From contig JBCBZA010000001.1 of assembly GCA_039815575.1 (NCBI GenBank), forward strand, positions 1 through 59,292: 59,292 bases of DNA, read 5' to 3'. The DNA comes from Bacteroidota bacterium (GTDB lineage: Bacteria > Bacteroidota > Bacteroidia > Flavobacteriales > Flavobacteriaceae). The translations under genes and the position numbers were made by a program. The notes under the pieces are model-generated. The model had not been told where the DNA came from and ran no database searches. It saw nothing but the letters and a program-made list of their open reading frames with translations. Shown piece by piece: positions 35,540 through 44,859 of this stretch. Positions within the stretch are counted from its first letter, which is position 1. The number at the start of each line of letters is the position of its first letter.

Positions 35540-36868
35540 ATGAGAACTATTCTTTTTTGCATTTTGCTGCTTCCCGTTTTAATGATTTCTCAGACAGATC
35601 GCCGAATATATGACATCATTAAATCTGTTTCCGTAGAACGTATTGAAAAAGATATCACCAAATTAGCCAATTTTGGTACCAGACACACGTTAAGCGATAC
35701 GGTTTCAACTACTAGGGGAATTGGTGCGGCCAGACGCTGGATAAAATCGGAATTCGATGGGATCTCTGCTAATTGTGGCAATTGTCTTGAAGTATTCTAT
35801 CAAAAAGATTTGGTAAAGCAGGGAGTGAATGCGCGAATTGCGAAAGACGTATGGGTTGTTAACGTCGTAGCCATTAAAAGGGGAGCAAAGCATCCCAATC
35901 GGTTCATTGTGATGAGCGGGGACATTGACTCACGGGTAACTGACCCCAATGATTATACCTCAGATTCTCCGGGCGCGAATGACAATGCCAGTGGCATGGC
36001 GGGAACCATTGAGGCTGCCCGTGTTCTTTCCAAATATGACTTTGAAAGCAGCATCATTTTTGTTGGACTCTCCGGGGAGGAACAGGGACTTTTTGGAGGT
36101 AAGGGCCTCGCGGCATATGCAAAAGGAAATGAATGGGATATCATTGGGATACTCAATAACGATATGATAGGTAATATCAGAGGGGTTGATGGTGTAATCA
36201 GTAATCGGGATTTTAGAATATTTTCAGAACCGGTTCCCCCAACGGAAACAACACAGCAGCGTAGGGCAAGACGCTTTTATGGAGGGGAAGTAGATGGAAT
36301 TTCCAGACAACTGGCACGTTATGTTCACAAGACCACTCGAACATACATGCCAGAAATGAATCCTATACTTATTTATAGACTGGATCGATTTGGACGGGGC
36401 GGACACCATCGTCCCTTTAATGATTTTGGTTTTGCTGGTATCCGTATCATGGAAGCCCATGAGAATTATACCCAACAACATCAAGACATTCGTATAGAAG
36501 ATGGCATTGCCTATGGCGATGTATTGGAGCATGTAAATTTTGAATATGCCAAAAAGTTAACCGCTGTAAATGCTATCAATTTGGCTTCCATAGCATGGGC
36601 ACCCCCTGCTCCTAAAAATGTCAAAATCGGTGGTATTGTTGAACCATCCGTAAAACTAAAATGGGATAAGGTTGAGGGGGCAAAAGGGTATAAAATCTAT
36701 TGGCGGGATACAACTTCGCCCACTTGGGACAATTATATGTATGTAGGAAACGTTTTACAAAAAACCTTGGAGGGTATCGTTATTGATAATTATTTCTTCG
36801 GAGTTTCGGCAGTTGGGGAAAATGGGCATGAAAGTCCCGTTGTTTTTCCATTAGGTATATTCCGTTAA
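35540..36868 (+). CDS. M28 family metallopeptidase with C-terminal FN3-like domain
   Basis: Motifs PGANDNASG, GEEQGL, NNDMIG, GGHHRPF, QHQD, plus a signal peptide. ATG at 35540. Confidence 0.88.
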   Translation: MRTILFCILLLPVLMISQTDRRIYDIIKSVSVERIEKDITKLANFGTRHTLSDTVSTTRGIGAARRWIKSEFDGISANCGNCLEVFYQKDLVKQGVNARIAKDVWVVNVVAIKRGAKHPNRFIVMSGDIDSRVTDPNDYTSDSPGANDNASGMAGTIEAARVLSKYDFESSIIFVGLSGEEQGLFGGKGLAAYAKGNEWDIIGILNNDMIGNIRGVDGVISNRDFRIFSEPVPPTETTQQRRARRFYGGEVDGISRQLARYVHKTTRTYMPEMNPILIYRLDRFGRGGHHRPFNDFGFAGIRIMEAHENYTQQHQDIRIEDGIAYGDVLEHVNFEYAKKLTAVNAINLASIAWAPPAPKNVKIGGIVEPSVKLKWDKVEGAKGYKIYWRDTTSPTWDNYMYVGNVLQKTLEGIVIDNYFFGVSAVGENGHESPVVFPLGIFR

Positions 36869-36882
36869 TAAAAGACAATTGA

Positions 36883-38511
36883 ATGAAAAGATTCTTACTT
36901 CCCTATTTTATCCTAGTATCTTCCGTTCTGTTGGCTCAAAAAGACTTGGGCTTCACGCAGGACGATTTCCTTAGAGGCAGCATCACCCCAGAACGGGAAT
37001 GGTGGGACCTCACTTTTTATCATTTGGATATTGTAGTAAAACCCAATGAAAAATATATTGAAGGTACAAATACCATTCGCTATAAGGTATTGACCCCAAA
37101 GGAGGTGATGCAAATCGACCTACAACCTCCCCTTAAAATTGAGAAAATAGTTCAGAATGGAAAAGAGTTAAGCTATAAAAAAGGAGGGGAAAATGCCTAT
37201 CTGGTCCTACTTATGGAAGAACAAAAAGCAGGAGAAGAAAACGAAGTTATTGTGCATTACTCAGGGTATCCAAAAGAGGCCATACGCGCCCCATGGGATG
37301 GTGGGTTTTCGTGGAAAAAAGATGGCAATGATAACCACTTTGTAGCTACCTCTTGCCAAGGTTTGGGAGCCAGTGTTTGGTGGCCCAATAAAGACCATAT
37401 GTATGATGAAGTAGATAGCATGGCCATAAGCGTTACCGTCCCAAAGGACTTGATGAACGTTTCCAACGGAAGACTGAAAAAAATTGAGGAAACAGCCACC
37501 ACTAAAACGACCCATTGGTATGTAGATAACCCCATTAATAATTATGGCGTAAACGTCAATATCGGGGATTATGTGCACTACAGAGAAAAATATCAAGGCG
37601 AAAATGGTGAGCTCGACCTGGACTACTATGTGTTACGGGAAAACTTGGGGAAAGCCAAAGAACAGTTTAAACAGACCAAGCCCATGTTGGAGGCCTTTGA
37701 GCATTGGTTTGGCCCCTACCCTTTTTATAAGGACGGTTTTAAGTTGGTTGAAGTACCCTATTTGGGCATGGAACATCAAAGCTCTGTTACTTATGGTAAT
37801 GGATATCAAAACGGATATCGCGGTACTGATCTTTCCGACTCAGGATGGGGGCTAAAATTTGATTTTATTATTGTCCATGAAGCAGGGCACGAATGGTTTG
37901 CCAACAACATTACTTACAAGGACATAGCAGATATGTGGGTTCATGAGGGGTTTACCGCCTATTCCGAAAACCTGTTTCTGGATTACCACTATGGTACCAA
38001 GGCTGCAGCGGAATATGTCATTGGCACACGTAAGCGAGTTTTGAACGATAGGCCCATCATAGGTCGTTACAACCTCAACCAAAGAGGTTCGAGTGATATG
38101 TATTACAAAGGAGCCAATATGCTGCATACCCTTAGGCAGTTGATTGAAGATGATGAATTATGGCGCCAAGTGCTACGAGGTCTAAACGAAACCTTTTACC
38201 ATCAAACAGTGACCACGGAACAAATTGAAAATTATATTTCAAAAAAGACCGAAAAAGACCTGTCCGCCTTTTTTAATCAGTATTTAAGAACCGCAAAACT
38301 TCCCACTTTGGAATATGAATTTGACGGAAGGCATTTAAAATATCGTTACACGGATGTTGTTGAAGATTTTGATATGCCCGTTCGCATATTCATTGACAAC
38401 CAGGCAAAATGGATTTTTCCCAAGAAAGATGCCCAGTGGAAAACGGAAAGACTAAAGGGTACAAAGTTGGAAGTTGACCCTAACTTTTATATTATAAGCA
38501 AAAAAATATAA
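36883..38511 (+). CDS. M1 family aminopeptidase
   Basis: GMEHQS exopeptidase motif, HEAGH...WVHEG (HExxH-x18-E), YYKG, plus a signal peptide. Confidence 0.92.
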   Translation: MKRFLLPYFILVSSVLLAQKDLGFTQDDFLRGSITPEREWWDLTFYHLDIVVKPNEKYIEGTNTIRYKVLTPKEVMQIDLQPPLKIEKIVQNGKELSYKKGGENAYLVLLMEEQKAGEENEVIVHYSGYPKEAIRAPWDGGFSWKKDGNDNHFVATSCQGLGASVWWPNKDHMYDEVDSMAISVTVPKDLMNVSNGRLKKIEETATTKTTHWYVDNPINNYGVNVNIGDYVHYREKYQGENGELDLDYYVLRENLGKAKEQFKQTKPMLEAFEHWFGPYPFYKDGFKLVEVPYLGMEHQSSVTYGNGYQNGYRGTDLSDSGWGLKFDFIIVHEAGHEWFANNITYKDIADMWVHEGFTAYSENLFLDYHYGTKAAAEYVIGTRKRVLNDRPIIGRYNLNQRGSSDMYYKGANMLHTLRQLIEDDELWRQVLRGLNETFYHQTVTTEQIENYISKKTEKDLSAFFNQYLRTAKLPTLEYEFDGRHLKYRYTDVVEDFDMPVRIFIDNQAKWIFPKKDAQWKTERLKGTKLEVDPNFYIISKKI

Positions 38512-39317
38512 TGAGGATATACTTTCCCCAATGGCAAGGTTCTGGAAATGGAATTTCAATTGAAAAGGGGGCGAAAGTGATATTCAATTATCTCAATGAT
38601 GATTCCATTGTTCAAGTTCCATTATCCAACCTAGATGCGGGACCCAACGGAACGCAAAAATATCAGATCAATAATTTTGAGGCCATAGATGAACAATTGA
38701 TCCGTTTTCGTGATTTTGTTGAAAAAACCAATCCCGAACGAATACAGACCATTGGTGGGGACTGTGGTCTTGAAATTGTGCCGGTCTCCTATTTGAACAA
38801 TAAATATCGCAATCTTGGTGTAATTTGGTTTGATGCACATGCCGATATTAATACACCTTCTGATTCCCCAAGCTGCAACTTTCATGGTATGCCCTTAAGG
38901 ACCTTGCTCGGTGAAGGTGAAACTTCAATGGGTGATCTCATGTTTTCCCATATCGTCGATACCCAAATTCATTATATCGGCTTGCGGGACATCGACGAAA
39001 GCGAACAGAAGAGAATTGAAAAAGGGAATATCTATGCACCTAAGCAAATTGATATACAACACCTCACAAAAACATTGGCCGAAAAAGGCATCACCCATTT
39101 ATACCTTCATTTTGATTTTGATTGTCTTGACCCCGCAGAATATGAAAAGACCTATTATCAAGTTCCCAATGGATTAAGAATTAAAGAAACGGAAACCTGT
39201 ATTAAAACCTTACAGAAAGAATTTACCATAGTGGGCAGTAGTGTATTGGAATCCATTAGTACGAATATTTCCGAGCTACAGCCCATTGAAAAGATTATAA
39301 CACTTTTGATGAAATGA
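38511..39317 (+). CDS. Arginase/ureohydrolase family protein
   Basis: Motifs GGDCG, WFDAHAD, FHGMP, HFDFDCLDP. Confidence 0.85.
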   Translation: MRIYFPQWQGSGNGISIEKGAKVIFNYLNDDSIVQVPLSNLDAGPNGTQKYQINNFEAIDEQLIRFRDFVEKTNPERIQTIGGDCGLEIVPVSYLNNKYRNLGVIWFDAHADINTPSDSPSCNFHGMPLRTLLGEGETSMGDLMFSHIVDTQIHYIGLRDIDESEQKRIEKGNIYAPKQIDIQHLTKTLAEKGITHLYLHFDFDCLDPAEYEKTYYQVPNGLRIKETETCIKTLQKEFTIVGSSVLESISTNISELQPIEKIITLLMK

Positions 39318-40108
39318 AAAAAATAAGCGTTTTTGGCTTTTTGTTTATCGCCTTAATATTCCTAATCAATTGCAAAAATGCTTCCAGTACGGAAGACCCT
39401 AAGCCAACGAACGAGGTGCTGGTGCTTGGCACCATTCATAGCGGGCATTTGACAGACAGTGTTTACAACATTTCCTTTTTGAACAAATTGATACGGGAAA
39501 TAGGACCAGATTATATTTTAGCTGAAATTCCTCCTGATAGGATGGAAACCGCCATGCAGGGCTTTAAAAGGGATGACAGCATATCAGAACCTAGGGTTCG
39601 GCGTTTTCCCGAATATGTAGACGTTATTTTTCCCTTGACCAAAGAGTTGGATTTCCAAATTATTCCTACTGCTGGATGGACGAAACCCATGGCCGATGAA
39701 CGCAGTGCCAAGTTAAGGGCTATTAGTAAGGACACTTTAAGAATTAAAGATTGGGAAGCCTATGTAATGGCCAATAAACGTTCCGACTCCATATATAAAG
39801 CTACTGGTAAAGTAAATGATCCATACTTCATTCATACCAACACTTATGATAGCATACGGGATATTGCCCTGCAGACCTATAACAGCTTGTTCAATGTGGA
39901 ACTCGGTTTAGGAGGTTGGGAAAATATCAATATTGCCCATTATTGGAACATTGAGAAGGCATTGGAGAAATACCGTTACCAAGGAAAACGGTTCTTAATC
40001 GTGTATGGAGCAGGTCACAAGGGATGGTTTTTACGTGCACTTCGCAAACGTGATGATATTATACTTTTGGACATGAAACCCTTTTTAAATGAAGTAACGA
40101 AACAATGA
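39314..40108 (+). CDS. Putative lipoprotein, TraB/GumN (Tiki/EreA-like) superfamily candidate
   Basis: Lipobox-like LINC, VLVLGTIH, PDYILAE, LIVYGAGH. The fold assignment is inferred. Confidence 0.6.
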   Translation: MKKISVFGFLFIALIFLINCKNASSTEDPKPTNEVLVLGTIHSGHLTDSVYNISFLNKLIREIGPDYILAEIPPDRMETAMQGFKRDDSISEPRVRRFPEYVDVIFPLTKELDFQIIPTAGWTKPMADERSAKLRAISKDTLRIKDWEAYVMANKRSDSIYKATGKVNDPYFIHTNTYDSIRDIALQTYNSLFNVELGLGGWENINIAHYWNIEKALEKYRYQGKRFLIVYGAGHKGWFLRALRKRDDIILLDMKPFLNEVTKQ

Positions 40109-41040
40109 AAGTCAAGGTTGGTTTAGTTCAGGATAGTCCCATTTTCTTCGATAAGAAAAAAACCTTGGACAAACTGGAAGGTATTGTTGTGGAAAACGCC
40201 GCAAAAGGATGTCAACTTTTGGTATTTCCAGAATCCTTTATACCGGGGTATCCCAGGGGATTCGATTTTGGAGCCAAAATAGGGCATCGAACTCCCGAGG
40301 GCAAAGCATTGTATGCCGAATACCACGCCAATAGTATCTCCCTCAATGGTAAGGAAATGCAGCATTTAGTAGCCGTTTCAAAGGAGAATGGTGTGTATTT
40401 GGTCATTGGTATTACCGAAAACCAAGAAGAAAATGGTAGCCTGTATTGCAGTATGGTCTATATCTCCCCTGAGGATGGTTTGATGGGAGTACACCGTAAG
40501 ATTAAGCCCACTGGTACGGAACGGCTTATTTGGGCAGAGGCCAATGGGCAGTCCTTGGTAACATTTCAAACCAAAATTGGTAAACTGGGTGGGCTCATTT
40601 GCTGGGAAAATTATATGCCTTTGGCACGCATGGCCATGTATCAAAAAGGGGTGGAAATTTATATTGCCCCCACTGCAGATTCTAGACCGGAATGGACCAT
40701 TACCATGCAACAAATAGCTTTGGAAGGACGCTGTTATGTGCTAGGATGCAACCAATATTTTACCAAATCCATGTATCCAGAACAGTTTCTAAAAAATGTA
40801 ATGGATGAGAAGGAGGAACTTTGCCCTGGCGGAAGCGTCATTGTTAACCCACAAGGAAAAATCATCCAAGGTCCCGTATTTGGAAAAGCCGAAGTGCTTA
40901 TGGCACAATTGGACCTCACCAGTGTAATTAAGGGAAAAATGGACTTTGACGTCTGCGGACACTACGCCCGCAATGATATCTTTACCTTTGGTGTTCTAGA
41001 CCAGCCTAGCACAAAAATTGAAAAGAACCTATTGGGATGA
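40105..41040 (+). CDS. Nitrilase (carbon-nitrogen hydrolase)
   Basis: Catalytic triad motifs FPESFIPGYP, HRKIKPT and LICWENYMP. Confidence 0.92.
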   Translation: MKVKVGLVQDSPIFFDKKKTLDKLEGIVVENAAKGCQLLVFPESFIPGYPRGFDFGAKIGHRTPEGKALYAEYHANSISLNGKEMQHLVAVSKENGVYLVIGITENQEENGSLYCSMVYISPEDGLMGVHRKIKPTGTERLIWAEANGQSLVTFQTKIGKLGGLICWENYMPLARMAMYQKGVEIYIAPTADSRPEWTITMQQIALEGRCYVLGCNQYFTKSMYPEQFLKNVMDEKEELCPGGSVIVNPQGKIIQGPVFGKAEVLMAQLDLTSVIKGKMDFDVCGHYARNDIFTFGVLDQPSTKIEKNLLG

Positions 41041-41564
41041 TCAATCTGCAAACTACTTTAGAAAATGATTTGGTAGTAGTGCGGCCGCTTAACGTCCATG
41101 ATTTTGAAGCCCTGTACACCGTGGCTCAGGACCCAAAAATTTGGAAGTTGCATCAAAATCCGAATCGCTGGGAGCTGAAGATTTTCAAAGATTTTTTTAA
41201 GGACGCCTTGGATTCCAAAGGGGCATTTGTAATTATAGACAAGGCCACAAAGAAGATGATAGGTAGTTCTCGATTCAAAATACCTAAAAACTCGAAAGAA
41301 GCTATCGAAATCGGATGGACATTTCTTTCAAGGCACTATTGGGGTGGGGTCTACAACAAGTCCTTTAAATCCTTAATGATCACATACGCTTTTCAACACT
41401 TTGATTATATCTTATTTCACGTTGACCATCATAACTATCGTTCACAAAGAGCTGTTGAAAAAATTGGTGGTATAGTACTGGATAAAAAAGGAAGTCTTGG
41501 CCATCTGCATACCCCTAAGGAAACTGGGCTCACCTTTATTTTACATAAAACCTCAAGTGTATAG
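41037..41564 (+). CDS. GNAT (RimJ/RimL-like) N-acetyltransferase
   Basis: Motifs IGSSRF, EIGWTFL, NYRSQRAVEKIG. Confidence 0.88.
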   Translation: MINLQTTLENDLVVVRPLNVHDFEALYTVAQDPKIWKLHQNPNRWELKIFKDFFKDALDSKGAFVIIDKATKKMIGSSRFKIPKNSKEAIEIGWTFLSRHYWGGVYNKSFKSLMITYAFQHFDYILFHVDHHNYRSQRAVEKIGGIVLDKKGSLGHLHTPKETGLTFILHKTSSV

Positions 41565-41566
41565 GT

Positions 41567-42604
41567 ATGAGGGCAGTCGTCTTTGAAAAATTCCAGGGGG
41601 CACTATCGGTGCAAAGTGTCCCAGATCCCAAGCCAAAAGATGAAGGTGTTGTACTGCAGGTTACTGCAACGGGACTATGCCGGAGCGATTGGCATGGATG
41701 GATGGGGCATGACCCTGACATCGTTTTACCCCATGTTCCCGGGCACGAACTGGTCGGTGTTATCGTAGCGAAAGGAAAAAAAGTTAAGCGTTTTACCATT
41801 GGTGATAGAGTAACAGTTCCTTTTGTCTGTGGGTGTGGTTCTTGCGAACAATGTCGCACCAATAATCACCAAGTATGCGATTATCAATCCCAACCGGGTT
41901 TCACCCATTGGGGTTCATTTGCCGAATATGTTGCTCTAGATTATGCGGATACGAACCTTGTAGCACTTCCCGAAGGCATTTCTGATGTCACTGCAGCTAC
42001 TTTAGGTTGTCGTTTCATCACTGCGTATCGGGCGGTGGTGGCACAAGGTCGAATAAAAAAAGGCACCTCTTTGGCCGTACATGGATGTGGGGGCGTAGGC
42101 CTTTCTGCCATAATGATTGCACACGCCCTAGGTGCCGATATTATCGCCATTGACATCAATGAAGCAAATTTAAAGCTCGCAAAAGCTTTTGGAGCCAAAA
42201 CAACAATCAATCCATTGCAGGTTGATGTCATTTCGGCGGTCAAGGAACATTCGCAAGGTGGCGTTGCAGTTTCCATAGATGCTTTAGGAAGTCAAGAAAC
42301 CTGTTTTAACTCCATTGCCAACCTTAGGAAAAGGGGGCGTCATGTCCAAGTAGGATTGGTAACCGGAAATCATGTACACCCAAAAATTCCAATGGATCAG
42401 GTACTTGCGAATGAATTGGAAATTGTGGGCAGTCATGGTATGCAAGCCCATGTATACCCTGAATTACTGCACCTGATTCAAGAAGGAAAACTGCAACCTC
42501 AAAAACTGATTAACCGAACCATCCCCTTGGAAGAAGCGACACAACTACTCCCCAAAATGAATAACTTCGATCATACTGGGGTGTTGGTCATCAATAGTTT
42601 TTAA
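41567..42604 (+). CDS. Zinc-dependent alcohol dehydrogenase family protein
   Basis: Motifs GLCRSD, PGHE, CGSCEQC...C (structural Zn), GCGGVG. Confidence 0.92.
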   Translation: MRAVVFEKFQGALSVQSVPDPKPKDEGVVLQVTATGLCRSDWHGWMGHDPDIVLPHVPGHELVGVIVAKGKKVKRFTIGDRVTVPFVCGCGSCEQCRTNNHQVCDYQSQPGFTHWGSFAEYVALDYADTNLVALPEGISDVTAATLGCRFITAYRAVVAQGRIKKGTSLAVHGCGGVGLSAIMIAHALGADIIAIDINEANLKLAKAFGAKTTINPLQVDVISAVKEHSQGGVAVSIDALGSQETCFNSIANLRKRGRHVQVGLVTGNHVHPKIPMDQVLANELEIVGSHGMQAHVYPELLHLIQEGKLQPQKLINRTIPLEEATQLLPKMNNFDHTGVLVINSF

Positions 42605-42672
42605 GGACGAAAAGGAATTAGCGAAAAAGCGCAAGGTTTGCTATTTTTAAGGGAACCTATTCCATTTTCCCT

Positions 42673-44202
42673 ATGCCTTTCTTCACAAACGCGAAAAGAT
42701 GTTTTACCCTATTGTTCTTATTCATTGGTACTATACTATTAGGGCAATCACTGAATAGAGATCAACTGAATGAAGCCTCCCAAAAATTCACAAAATCTTC
42801 CTTCCCCATCCTAAAGGAGCTGTTGAGCATCCCCAATGATGCTTTTTATCCAGAAGATATTGAGAAGAATGTGCTATGGTGCGAAAAGGCTTTTAGCAAA
42901 CGTAGTTTTACTACCACACGAATTCCTACTGAGACTGTCCCTTTAGTATTGGCAGAAAGAAAACACAAAAAGGCCAAAAAGACCGTGCTCATCTATTTGC
43001 AAATTGATGGACAACCGGTGGATTCCACACGCTGGGATCAAGCTACGCCCTACACACCCACGTTAAAAAAACCGAGCGAATCCGTGGGTTGGAATACCCT
43101 CCCATGGGATTCCATCTTGGATTATGAGGACGATTGGCGGGTTTTTGCGCGATCGGCAAGTGACGCCAAAGGCCCGGTGGCCATGTTTTTAGCGGCTTTG
43201 GATGCCGCGGAAGCATTGCAGGCACACCCCAACTATAACATCAAGATTATTATGGATTTTGAGGAGGAATTAGGTTCTCCCAGGCTTCCAAAAGCGGTTA
43301 CTGAAAATAGCGACCTGCTAAAAGCAGACATGCTCATTATTTTCGATGGTCCGCGGCACATTACCAACAAACCAACACTGACCTTTGGCGCCCGTGGTAT
43401 CGCCACATTGCAGTTGACTACCTATGGCCCGGTGGTTCCCCAGCACAGTGGACATTTTGGCAATTATGCCCCAAATCCCGCACTGCGCCTTTCCAAGTTA
43501 TTGGCCTCCATGAAGGACGATGATGGCAGGGTTAGTATTCCCGGTTTCTATGATGGAATTTCCATTGATTCCGAAACCGAGAAAATTCTTAAATCCGTTC
43601 CAGACAACGATGAACTCATCAGATACCGTTTACAAATTGCCAGAGCGGACAAAGTGGCCAATTACTATCAGGCCGCTATTCAATATCCCTCCCTAAATAT
43701 TCGGGGCATGCAATCCGGCTGGATCGACGAAAAAGTCCGGACCATTATCCCCGGTTGGGCCAGGGCAGAAATCGATGTGCGGTTGGTATTGGAATCAGAC
43801 CCCAACCGCCTTATCCAACTCATCCAAGACCATATTAAAGACCAGGGCTATTATCTTTTGGATAGAGTACCTACCAAAGGGGAGCGATTAAAATATCCTA
43901 AAGTTGCCACGGTCACCCATGAAATCTCTTACCAATCGTTCCGAACCGATTTTGATTCTGAAGTGGGACTCTGGCTTACCCGAGCGCTTAACAATGCTTT
44001 TGATGAAGAGCCCATACGCATTAGAATGAGTGGTGGTTCCATTCCTATTTCACCTTTTGTAACCACACTAGGTATTCCTGCAGTAACCGTTCCTACAGTA
44101 AATAGGGATAATAATCAACATAGCCCCAATGAAAATCTGCGTTTAGGGAATTATAGAGAGGGAATCAAAACGATGTTGGCCATTTTGGCCGAACCTTTAT
44201 AA
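42673..44202 (+). CDS. M20/M25/M40 family metallo-hydrolase (exported)
   Basis: Motifs ARSASDAKGP, FEEELGS, HSGHFGN, NQHSPNEN, plus a signal peptide. Confidence 0.87.
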   Translation: MPFFTNAKRCFTLLFLFIGTILLGQSLNRDQLNEASQKFTKSSFPILKELLSIPNDAFYPEDIEKNVLWCEKAFSKRSFTTTRIPTETVPLVLAERKHKKAKKTVLIYLQIDGQPVDSTRWDQATPYTPTLKKPSESVGWNTLPWDSILDYEDDWRVFARSASDAKGPVAMFLAALDAAEALQAHPNYNIKIIMDFEEELGSPRLPKAVTENSDLLKADMLIIFDGPRHITNKPTLTFGARGIATLQLTTYGPVVPQHSGHFGNYAPNPALRLSKLLASMKDDDGRVSIPGFYDGISIDSETEKILKSVPDNDELIRYRLQIARADKVANYYQAAIQYPSLNIRGMQSGWIDEKVRTIIPGWARAEIDVRLVLESDPNRLIQLIQDHIKDQGYYLLDRVPTKGERLKYPKVATVTHEISYQSFRTDFDSEVGLWLTRALNNAFDEEPIRIRMSGGSIPISPFVTTLGIPAVTVPTVNRDNNQHSPNENLRLGNYREGIKTMLAILAEPL

Positions 44203-44789
44203 TGAAGATCATGGCAGATTTTGAGGAACTGTATTTTAAAGACGATATAGCCTGGAGAAATTGGCTTCAAGGCCATCATCATACTTCCAAAGGGGTGTAT
44301 CTTATTTTTTATAAAGTAGACCATGAAATGCCCAGTATGCGCTGGGAAGAGGCCGTTAGGGTGGCACTCTGTTTTGGTTGGATAGATAGTACCGTAAAAA
44401 GTTTAGGCAATGGGAAACGAAGACAGTACTTCTGCCCGAGAAGACCAAAAAGTGTCTGGAGCAAGGTCAATAAGGACCATCTTAAAGAATTGGAAGCAGG
44501 CGACCTCATGCACAAAAGTGGCTATAAAGCCATTGAAATAGCCAAACAAAATGGCTCATGGACTGCTTTGGACGATGTGGAAAATGGTGTGGTACCCATA
44601 AATCTACAAAAGGCTCTTAAAAAAAATCCAAAGGCCCTGAAAAATTTTCAAAGTTTTACAAAAAGTCAAAGAAAGACTTATCTGTATTGGCTCAATCAAG
44701 CAAAACGGGAGGCGACCAGACAAAAGAGAATAGCAGAAATCGTTTTCTTCTGTGAGCAGGGGATTAAGTCCAGAAATCCTAGGTCATAA
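44202..44789 (+). CDS. YdeI/OmpD-associated family protein
   Basis: Motifs WRNWL, ALCFGWIDS, PRRPKSVWSKVNK, AKREATRQKRI. Confidence 0.9.
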   Translation: MKIMADFEELYFKDDIAWRNWLQGHHHTSKGVYLIFYKVDHEMPSMRWEEAVRVALCFGWIDSTVKSLGNGKRRQYFCPRRPKSVWSKVNKDHLKELEAGDLMHKSGYKAIEIAKQNGSWTALDDVENGVVPINLQKALKKNPKALKNFQSFTKSQRKTYLYWLNQAKREATRQKRIAEIVFFCEQGIKSRNPRS

Positions 44790-44807
44790 GAATTTCCCCA
44801 AAATAAG

Positions 44808-44836
44808 TGTAACCTCCCCTTCCCTCCTTTCGTCTT
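44808..44836 (+). promoter_or_regulatory. ECF-sigma-like promoter (TGTAAC-N17-CGTCTT)
   Basis: AAC (-35) and CGT (-10) cores ending 24 nt before the ATG at 44860. A matching element sits at 50773-50800. Confidence 0.55.
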
Positions 44837-44859
44837 AGTCCAATATACAGCTACAATTT

